IMG/VR virus record: IMGVR_UViG_3300031566_000311
Coordinates: 1-26,615 of that record
DNA length: 26,615 bases
Direction: 5' to 3' (one strand)
From: a virus
Taxonomy: Duplodnaviria; Caudoviricetes
Shown: positions 6,646 to 14,900 of the stretch, one piece after another
Layout of the letters: each line of letters opens with the position of its first letter
How positions within the stretch are numbered: position 1 is the stretch's first letter
Notes under the pieces: generated by a model
Told to the model about the DNA's origin: nothing
Databases searched by the model: none
Seen by the model: the letters and a program-made list of their open reading frames with translations, nothing else
Position numbers and translations under genes: made by a program

Positions 6646-7404
6646 TTAGAATGATAATCTTAACGCCCCGTAAAATTCCTTATCGGTATTGTATCCGAAG
6701 GCAAGTTCGATGTTATCCCTTACCATATAGCCAACATCACCGCCAACTACTAATCTAAAATCTTCAAAGTCTTGTATCAGAAGTGATACATTAAGGCTGT
6801 AATCTTTAATGCTAAATATTCCTTTTGAAATGATAACTCCGTAAGAATTATCAAAGGAGTAATAGCCCCCCGCCTTGATATTCCAATTTGCCTTATCAAG
6901 TTTAACTTCTTCTGTCGGTAATGGTATATCTGACACGTCTTTATGCTCTATAATTTTACTTATGTTATCTGAGGCAGGTTGCAGGTTGCCCGATTCATCA
7001 CGGTATAATAGATAAGTTTCATCATTTTTACCGCTTATCAATATGGTGTCATCACTTGCAAGGAATGCTTTTCTTTGTATGGATAAATCTTCCCTTAACT
7101 TTTTTATTTCCTCTTTATTTGCCTTCTCATCTTTCTGTAATTCTAAAATTTTATCTTTTAATTCTACATAAGTGTTGTCAGGTTTCGGAGTGGTTGTAGT
7201 CTTTGCCGTATCATTGACTACTCTTGTTATGGTAACTGACAGGTCGGTAACTTTTTTTAGGAATAAATCCTGATTACTACGGAGCATATTCATTTCACTA
7301 AAACGATTTGCTTCCCATTTAACGAAGTAGTTATAGCCCTTATACCCACAAAATGATAATATAGATATTATTATTATCACTAAAATTATCTTAAATACTT
7401 TCAT
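6646..7404 (-). CDS. Membrane-anchored coiled-coil protein with C-terminal amphipathic beta strands (spanin candidate)
   Basis: N-terminal TM, coiled coil, C-terminus ...FYGALRLSF; located downstream of endolysin. Gene is solid, function inferred. Confidence 0.55.
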   Translation of the reverse strand: MKVFKIILVIIIISILSFCGYKGYNYFVKWEANRFSEMNMLRSNQDLFLKKVTDLSVTITRVVNDTAKTTTTPKPDNTYVELKDKILELQKDEKANKEEIKKLREDLSIQRKAFLASDDTILISGKNDETYLLYRDESGNLQPASDNISKIIEHKDVSDIPLPTEEVKLDKANWNIKAGGYYSFDNSYGVIISKGIFSIKDYSLNVSLLIQDFEDFRLVVGGDVGYMVRDNIELAFGYNTDKEFYGALRLSF

Positions 7405-7562
7405 TTCGATATCCCTTTTAGCCAGTTCCACAACCAGACAAAAGCAACTTTACTTTTATCCCAATACCATCGCAAAAGTTCACCCAAACGATTTGGATTA
7501 AATACGAAATAAACTATACATAATATTTCAATAACACTACATATTAATAATAAAATAATCAT
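7401..7562 (-). CDS. 53-aa Trp-rich membrane protein (not in ORF track)
   Basis: MIILLLICSVIEILCIVYFVFNPNRLGELLRWYWDKSKVAFVWLWNWLKGISK*; ATGA overlaps with both neighbours. Confidence 0.75.
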   Translation of the reverse strand: MIILLLICSVIEILCIVYFVFNPNRLGELLRWYWDKSKVAFVWLWNWLKGISK

Positions 7563-8005
7563 ATTACATTCTCCCTTCCTAAGAATTTTTGTAGTTGCTG
7601 CTCATTCCCCGAATATATCGGAGTTTGACCATACTTCTTGACCAGCCAAAACTTTGAGGGGTTGGGGGGCATCACGTCAATATGCACGTGGTTGGGGTAT
7701 ATACCTATCCTCATACCGCCAATCGTCTCCGCCATCAGGGCAATAAAGACTGGGTTTGACCCTTCCACCTGTATATCAGCCGCCTTCTTTAGCAGGTGTG
7801 GCGAATTGCTCGCACCGCCGACCCTCTTATTTTCAGCCTTACACCTTACCCCACTGGTAATATTAATTGGTTTATTAACTATCTTTGTTCTTATCTCTTC
7901 TAACTTGTTCACCAAATTCATATCAATATGTATCTTCTTTTTCTTACATTCCGAGCAGGGGCATTTAAACTCCCACCTGCTGAAATGTTCACTCAGATTT
8001 CCCAT
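7559..8005 (-). CDS. Endolysin, peptidase M15 family
   Basis: HFSRWEFKCPC, ITSGVRC..N..VGGA.NSPH....AADI, HVHID zinc-peptidase motifs. Confidence 0.9.
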   Translation of the reverse strand: MGNLSEHFSRWEFKCPCSECKKKKIHIDMNLVNKLEEIRTKIVNKPINITSGVRCKAENKRVGGASNSPHLLKKAADIQVEGSNPVFIALMAETIGGMRIGIYPNHVHIDVMPPNPSKFWLVKKYGQTPIYSGNEQQLQKFLGRENVI

Positions 8006-8240
8006 GTTCTCCGTATCCTCCTTTGTCCCCATTTCTCCCTTTATAATAAAATCCTATCGCAATAGTCACCGCACTCGTAAAGGTAATATAGTAATCCCTG
8101 AATTGTTCGGGCAAATCCACTAAATTGATTAACAGCCTGTACCCTGCAATCAGGGTAAAGATCCACCACAAGCTAAACATGGTAGCCGTCATAATACGCC
8201 GAACAATATATTTATGTTGGTTAAAGTATTCGTTTATCAT
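7989..8240 (-). CDS. Putative holin (two TM)
   Basis: 83 aa, two hydrophobic helices, IGFYY then charged tail; directly upstream of endolysin. Confidence 0.6.
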   Translation of the reverse strand: MINEYFNQHKYIVRRIMTATMFSLWWIFTLIAGYRLLINLVDLPEQFRDYYITFTSAVTIAIGFYYKGRNGDKGGYGEHGKSE

Positions 8241-8464
8241 GATGATTTCGCCTTAAACATAGACCACAATATACCAGCTACGGAAATGATAAATGAAACA
8301 CAACCGCTAATCCCAAAAGCAGTCCCCTTTATTCCCGCTATGCTTTGAGAGTTCTTATTAATTGCTTTCCATTGCTCTTTATCATTTGACTTAATTTCTA
8401 TGGTATCTTCTTTAATGCTTTTTACTATTTCATATAAAGCTGCAGTAGTTACTCTTTCAGCCAT
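8237..8464 (-). CDS. Holin/XhlA-like coiled-coil plus C-terminal TM protein
   Basis: Short coiled coil followed by one TM; first gene of the lysis cassette. Confidence 0.55.
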   Translation of the reverse strand: MAERVTTAALYEIVKSIKEDTIEIKSNDKEQWKAINKNSQSIAGIKGTAFGISGCVSFIISVAGILWSMFKAKSS

Positions 8465-8482
8465 CAAATCATCTCCTTCTAC

Positions 8483-10891
8483 TTAATCAAGTTTTATTTT
8501 CTTTGTTTCCTCTTCCCAATCTGTCGTAGGTTTGGTTTCTTTTTCCCAATCTATTGTTGGCTTAATTTCTTCTATCCAGCCAACGTCTACCTTTGTTTCT
8601 TTATCCCAGTTTGTAGTAGGTTTAGTTTCCTTTGTCCAGGAGACATCGCTTTTGGTTTCTTCTGTATAAAGAGGGTGTTCTATCCAGCGGATGAAAGTAT
8701 CAATTAAGTGTAATAGTTCATTGAGGGTTTTTGTCCCTGCTGTAGAAGTAGTATCTGTTATTGATATGGTTTCAAGCAAGGTGAATACAACAGTCCAACT
8801 GTCTACAATACTAAGAGTTTCGGCAAGACTTAACGAACCAGATGTAACCTTGCTATCAATTATAGACAAGGTCTCATATAAAGTTTTGATACATTGAAAA
8901 GTGGCGGAATCTACTATCCCCAAGGTTTCCGTTAATCCTAATGACCCTGTCAGGAGTTTACTATCTATTATTGAGAAAGACTCGGATAGTTGTTTAATTA
9001 TTCCTGTAATAAAACTATCAATAATAGATAATGTTTCTGGGAAAGAAAGACTGGTTGAAGTTACTTTGGTATCGGCAATAGATAAGGTTTCGTCTAAATC
9101 CAATTCCCCTGACATTGTCTCACTATCAATTACGGATAAGGTTTCAAGAAAAGTTATCAATGCTCCCCATGTATCAACGATAGATAAGGTTTCCGCTTCT
9201 GCGAGTGTCCCTGATGTTGCTTTTGTATCTACAATGGATAAAGTTTCAGAGAGTTCAAGTATTGTTACGTCATACTCATAAGTTTGCAGGGTATCCCACA
9301 AACTATTATGGGTTGCCTTTATCCAAGCGGCAGAACGAACTATATTTGAAATACGAAGTTCATCTATAGTAATTGCGTCTCCATAGAAAGCGGCAGCCGT
9401 CCCGAATGCCTTTCGAATGGTTTTAGTTAATGAATTGCTAATTGTATTTGATTGTGTTGCAATACTGCCAGTTTTATTTGAAACACCATTAATAAGAATT
9501 TCTCCATTGGCATCCCTATCAAATACATAAGCTAAATGACGCCAATTTCCGTCATCAACAACTGAAACCGCACTTAGATTGGCAAAATCCCCACCATTAT
9601 CTTCAATTTGTAAGTATGGTAAACCTGTTCCTAAAACTGAAACATACCATCCAGCAATAGCACCAGTAGCCCCTTGTGGTCTATTCCCAAAGATTGGAGT
9701 ATTGTTTGCGTTTGCGGCCAATTTTATACACGCTTCTACAACAAAATCTCCAGTTCCAAAATCTAAAGTATCATTATCTCCGCAATCAATATAATCATCA
9801 GTGCCATCAAAACTTTGTCCCTGCCCTACTTTTCCTGCTGCCTCTACTGGTTCGCCTAAACCTTTTTTCGTGCCGTAATTAGCATTAGAAGTGGAATCAA
9901 GAATATTTGTGTCTACTGCTGGATTATAACTTGCATTAAGGGCATAGTAGAAATAATCAGTCATACTTTTTAGTGAATATCCTGCAACTCCCACATTATC
10001 TCCAAAATATATTATATCGTCACAAGCACTGCTTTCAACATCCTCACTAAGCCTTAGAGTCCCATCAATATAAAGACTTACTGCTGTCCCTTTTATATAT
10101 AGTTCATATGTATGGTATGCATCAGTAGTATCCATTGCATATCCAGTATAACTACCACCACTTGTTCTAATGGTTACATTGTTCTTCCATAATCTAAAAA
10201 AGGTTCTTTCGTTTTGAGTTCCATCATTTAACCAAATAGAATAATAAGCACTGTTTTCTGTATCATCATGCATCTGTATTCTTGTTTTTACATATACACC
10301 AGCATCAAAATCTATGTTTGGGGTTTTAGAATAATAACAAGACCTTGCACCACCTGTTGTGTCAATAGTTAATATACCACCAGCTACAGAGGCATAATCA
10401 GTACCGTTCAAAGTCCAGCCATCGCTATCGGGTTCGACGGTTGCCTCATATTGTGTAGTCCAATTTACAACAACATCTTTCATATCACTCCTGAATTTAA
10501 AAAAATCATCCCATACCTTTTTGGCAGGAGTACTTTGAGTGATCCCTATATAATCTGTATTGTCTGCATGAGTAGAGTCATAATACATATAGAAAATAGT
10601 ATCAGCGTCGTAGTCTATAACCCAACCATCACGAGAGACGTGGAATATAGCCTTTTCTTCCGATACATCGAATAGTTCCATTTCAGCATATAATTGTGTT
10701 TCTCCATCTGCTTTGGTAAAAGCAACTTTGAGATATTCTGCGTCAGTAGTTAGTTCAAGAAAGACTTTATGGGCATTTGTAACAGTTAGGAATACCGTAT
10801 CGGGGAACCACGTCAAGTCGGCAGTATCAATTTTAGTCTGGTCTATTGTAATCTTTATTCGTTGTGTTTTCCAACCTGAAAGATATGCCAT
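8483..10891 (-). CDS. Virion fibre/adhesin with DUF2341-like and LamG/ConA-like domains and C-terminal repeats
   Basis: MAYLSGW...IDQTKID...YMYYD; FDGTDDYI, DGNWRHLA, IDELRISNIVRSAAWI; repeat tail. Confidence 0.75.
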   Translation of the reverse strand: MAYLSGWKTQRIKITIDQTKIDTADLTWFPDTVFLTVTNAHKVFLELTTDAEYLKVAFTKADGETQLYAEMELFDVSEEKAIFHVSRDGWVIDYDADTIFYMYYDSTHADNTDYIGITQSTPAKKVWDDFFKFRSDMKDVVVNWTTQYEATVEPDSDGWTLNGTDYASVAGGILTIDTTGGARSCYYSKTPNIDFDAGVYVKTRIQMHDDTENSAYYSIWLNDGTQNERTFFRLWKNNVTIRTSGGSYTGYAMDTTDAYHTYELYIKGTAVSLYIDGTLRLSEDVESSACDDIIYFGDNVGVAGYSLKSMTDYFYYALNASYNPAVDTNILDSTSNANYGTKKGLGEPVEAAGKVGQGQSFDGTDDYIDCGDNDTLDFGTGDFVVEACIKLAANANNTPIFGNRPQGATGAIAGWYVSVLGTGLPYLQIEDNGGDFANLSAVSVVDDGNWRHLAYVFDRDANGEILINGVSNKTGSIATQSNTISNSLTKTIRKAFGTAAAFYGDAITIDELRISNIVRSAAWIKATHNSLWDTLQTYEYDVTILELSETLSIVDTKATSGTLAEAETLSIVDTWGALITFLETLSVIDSETMSGELDLDETLSIADTKVTSTSLSFPETLSIIDSFITGIIKQLSESFSIIDSKLLTGSLGLTETLGIVDSATFQCIKTLYETLSIIDSKVTSGSLSLAETLSIVDSWTVVFTLLETISITDTTSTAGTKTLNELLHLIDTFIRWIEHPLYTEETKSDVSWTKETKPTTNWDKETKVDVGWIEEIKPTIDWEKETKPTTDWEEETKKIKLD
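8495..9262 (-). repeat. Coding tandem repeats: ETLSIxD (mostly 12-14 aa units, about 14 copies) then WxKETKP (10 aa, about 6 copies)
   Basis: Read directly from the translation. Confidence 0.85.
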
Positions 10892-10913
10892 AAATTACTC
10901 CTTAAACCCAAAT

Positions 10914-11393
10914 TTACGAAAGTGTAAAAGTCGCTACAATAGTAAGTGAATCAATCGTGATTGCGTCGAACCCAGCGGTATTTAACATACTCCCTGCAGA
11001 GGCATCATTAAATAATCCATATTCAGTCGCAGCTACAACGGTAGTAAATACTCCTGTAAAAGTGCAGGTCATTTCGCCAGGGGTATGGGCATAGGCTGCA
11101 GTTTCTCTTTGGTCTTCACTTGTTAAAGTAGTACCATCAATATCTTCCACTGCACCAGAACCAATAGCCATGTGGGTAATATCAGATGGTTGTGAATTTA
11201 AACCCAGACAGTCCATAGCTAAATCAAACCCTGCATAAGTGATTAGGTTGGGGTATTCCCTATCGAAGGCAAGACTACCATCTTTGTTATGGCCTATAAG
11301 TCTTACCTTACCGCAGATTTTCAGACCTTCTTCTGCTTTCTTTGTTCCCGACATTTTAAACGAATCTCCAATTTTAGTTTTTTCATTAAACAT
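10914..11393 (-). CDS. Putative tail/fibre-attachment structural protein
   Basis: NLITYAG...ITHMAIGSG...TEYGLFNDASAGSML pattern typical of phage tail-fibre-associated proteins. Confidence 0.65.
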   Translation of the reverse strand: MFNEKTKIGDSFKMSGTKKAEEGLKICGKVRLIGHNKDGSLAFDREYPNLITYAGFDLAMDCLGLNSQPSDITHMAIGSGAVEDIDGTTLTSEDQRETAAYAHTPGEMTCTFTGVFTTVVAATEYGLFNDASAGSMLNTAGFDAITIDSLTIVATFTLS

Positions 11394-11421
11394 TATTGTT
11401 CTCCTTTCTTTTTATAATAAA

Positions 11422-11450
11422 TTGACATTTTGATTAAAAAGGTGTATATA
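11422..11450 (+). promoter_or_regulatory. Sigma70-type promoter, antisense to the late operon
   Basis: TTGACA-17 nt-TATATA. Confidence 0.65.
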
Positions 11451-11472
11451 TTAGGTATATGATAAGTGAAGT

Positions 11473-11709
11473 TAGGTGAGCCGAGATTTTCACAGGGTCG
11501 TTATAACCTTGTGATCACTTCCTTTTTTCTTGGTTCGCCTATTATAATGTAGGTGAGCCGGACTCCTGTCTTGAAGTAGGTTCGGTTGATGTTCCTACTT
11601 TAATTCACGTCCTTGTCCGGCTTGCCTATAAATGAGGTAGGCGGGTTAGGTTGTATTTTCACAAGGTTGCCATAATCTTGTGACACGTCCTTTGAGCTTA
11701 ACTCGCCTA
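11473..11709 (+). ncRNA. Array of three homologous structured RNA units (11473-11541, 11550-11628, 11638-11709)
   Basis: Each has a 14-15 bp outer stem UAGGYGRG.../...YUYGCCUA, a 9-11 bp inner hairpin and an unpaired CAC(U/G)UCCUU; compensatory changes between copies; G-U pairs indicate plus strand. Confidence 0.85.
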
Positions 11710-11726
11710 TATAAAGGGGGTCTATT

Positions 11727-11966
11727 ATGAAAGCGTATATAAATAAGGTCGGCAAAACCTTGCTGTTGGGGCTTATAATATTGGTAGTTGCAGGGATAAT
11801 ATATTTGGTTGTGCCGAAGTATCAGATACAGTCTGTCAGGGTTGACGATGATACGGTGGTGGTGGTGAGGATTAATACGTTGACCGGTGAGATAGTTATT
11901 ACTTCCCAAACATTAGTTGAAAGTGCTTTTGATAAATATGGTGTGGGGCATAAATATAGATTCTAA
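11727..11966 (+). CDS. 79-aa membrane-anchored protein (moron)
   Basis: SD AAAGGGGG; N-terminal TM then beta-rich VVRINTLTGE; fills the gap on the opposite strand. Confidence 0.75.
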   Translation: MKAYINKVGKTLLLGLIILVVAGIIYLVVPKYQIQSVRVDDDTVVVVRINTLTGEIVITSQTLVESAFDKYGVGHKYRF

Positions 11967-14900
11967 AAACTAAACTTTTTCCCTTCACTTTTTCTCAAAG
12001 AAGTTTCACTAAATGTAAATTTCTTACCACTTTTAGCGAAATCTATTACAAGTGGTGTCTTTTTCTTTTCCGCTTCCCTCTCTTTTATCCCTACATCTAC
12101 TCCTGCACCAGCTAATAAATACTGTAATTTCTGCATAGCATTTCGTTCTATTTCGTAAGCGTCGCCCCTTGTCTTATATTCCTTATCAAAGATTTCCCTA
12201 ATCTTCCTTATCGCCCTTACGTCTACATTCTTTTGATTGGTAGCTGCTTCGTATCCCCTTAAAGTATAATCATAAAAAGGCATCCACATATTAGCAAGAC
12301 GAGGTATGGCAGTGCTTAAAGCCGCTATAGATCTCTCATCACCGCCGACCGCCAATACAGTACTCACATAAACATCAGTTGCTGCCTCTATTGTTCCTAT
12401 GGCTAATCCTCCTGGCTCATAAGCAAGTAACTCTAAAAATCCATAAGGGCTTTGCCTTCTCCCTGTAACCTTCTTATATATAGCGCTCATAATCATACCA
12501 CCGATTATGATACTCATCACTACTTTGGAAGCCCTTACTTTCTGACTTATTGTTCCTTCTTTAAAATGTTTAGCTTGTTTTAATAGCATTTCATTGTAGG
12601 CACGGGGAAACAACATCAGATTAGTTAACCACTTGCCTTTGCCCATTTCAGCAAAGGATCGTTCTGCACGGTTATATTGAAATTGAGTATCAGCCGTAAA
12701 GACCCTTGCCATATATCTTGACATTGCCTCTACGCCGTCTTTGGCTAATATCTCTAATGCCATTATTCTTTCGGTTCGTTCCATATCGTTAAACTTGGCT
12801 TGCCCCATTGCCTTGCTTAACTGTTTTTCGGTTGAGTTTTTATCTATATCGGCAAATGCCCTATGGGTCTGATTAATTCTCGCCCAAAAAGAAGTAATCC
12901 TATTTAACTGGTCGGAGTAAGGATATATACCTACCTTGTTAACTAATTTCATCAGCCCTTTGCCTAATCTGCCAAAATAGGGTTTCTCTCCTACCATAAA
13001 CCAATCTATTTTCATAGACTGTATCTGGCTGACATAAGTATTCATATAATCTGTTTCTTCGGAAGTTAATTTTTTGTTTCTTGGGTCTATTAATATGGAC
13101 TTATCAAAACCGAAAGCATAAGGTTGTAGAACATTCCTGGCAAACATAGCAGGACTTGGCAAGATAATGACTTGCATTGCCTGTGCATATGCCCTATTCA
13201 ATTCCCTTTCAACCAATCCTTCGGGTCTGTTATATCCCTTTAATTCCCTTAAAAATATTTCTACGCCTTCTTTTATTCTTTGGGGGTTTTGAAATTTATC
13301 TATATTCTCATCTATTAAAGTCATAAAAGCCCTTACTTTGGGTCGCATATCTACGAGATTATCCATCTGCTTTTTGTAAGAAAATAATCTTTCAAGTATA
13401 TTCTTGTCCTGCTCGTGATATTCTATATCGGTTCTCACTTTGATATGACTTTTCCCAAAGGTCTGGGGTTTTGGTTTCCACATTCTTAATTCATTCGATA
13501 CAACCTGTAACGGATCATACCCATTTCTAATTATCCCCCATTCTTGGGTTTTCATATATTCAACTAAATCATCATAGCCCTTACCCTCGTAGATATCTTT
13601 AGCCTTATCTATCTCTTTCTTATATTGTTCGTATTGAGGTATCTTCTGGGGAAATTCTATATCTTCTAAAAACTTCTCTGTTCTTGCTTTTGCCTGATAA
13701 TCTTTTAATATCCCTTCAATCTTCTTTGCCATTTTAATTTCCTGCTCGGTAATCTTTTCCGGATATTCAGGCTTATTCTTCAGGTTACTTTTAGATGTTA
13801 TGTAATCTGCTACTCTTTTTATTGCTTTTTCATCTTTAATAATATCTTTATATTCTTCAAATTCATGGAGAAATACTGCTGCTTTTTCTTTATTTTCCAA
13901 TGAGATATCTATTAAACTCTGATACATACGATAGATAGGCGCACCTGTTATCTCTTCCATTTTCTGGAAGATGATACGAGCGCTATTTAATTCTTTGGGG
14001 TCTCTTAATCCCTTATCCCTATATTTACCTATAATCTCTTTTTCTTTATCTATCAGCTTCTTTATTGCAGGTTGTTTTTCTACTGCTTGATTATACGGCA
14101 GGGTTTCTCTTAATATGTCAGACTCGCCAATTAGCCGATAAATAACATCTTTGCCCTGCTTCTCGGTGATAAAATTTGAAGCGTCAGTATATTTCGGCTC
14201 TTTATACACGCCCTCGCTTTTTAGGATAGAGGTATAGGCTTCTTCTGACATCTGAAGTTTATCTATTAGGTTATCTTTAAGGGATTGGATTTTCTTTTCG
14301 GTCTTAGGAGTAACCACATCTTTATAGCCGATACGCTTTGGTCTGGCTCGGTTGACTGCTTGTAGGACTGCTTCTAACTGCGGTATAGTCATACGCTTGG
14401 TAGCAGTGGCTAAATGGGGAGACATACCATGTTGACGTTTTAGGTCGGCAAACTTTACTCCGGTTAACCCTTTTTGATTAACTACCTTGTGAATTTGCCC
14501 CATTAGTTTATTGCCTTCTATCCTTTGTTCAGGGGTTAATTCTTTGTTTAGTGAGTAAGGTTTTTCAGCTTTAACTTCCGCTTTGGTCGGCACAGTCGTT
14601 GCCTTTTCTGCAACAGGTGCAACTGCCGAGGGTTGCTCGGTGGCTTGGGTGTAGATAGAGGAGAGTTGTGCTTTGGTTTTTATTATGTCTTTATTTATTA
14701 CTGCTAATGATACTCCATGCCCTTCTGGTTCTATTGAACGGATAGCATCATAACCCTTATCTTTAATTTTCTGTATAAATAATGGGTCTTCAATGGCATC
14801 ATGTATATCAGCATTACCTTCATCAATATCATCAGCCCATTCAGGGTCAATTTCTCTAATCTTTTCTAAGTTTTTTATTAGAGTGTTTGTATTTTTTAAT

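Noticed and set aside
11473-11709. CRISPR array or simple terminators
   Set aside because: Units are diverged nested stems rather than identical repeats with unique spacers; no cas genes; outer stems are not followed by U-tracts.
8483-11720. Diversity-generating retroelement acting on the fibre gene
   Set aside because: No reverse transcriptase and no template/variable repeat pair differing at adenines was seen in the window.
11646-11909. 87-aa minus-strand ORF
   Set aside because: Overlaps the better-supported plus-strand membrane protein gene and RNA unit 3; implausible composition.
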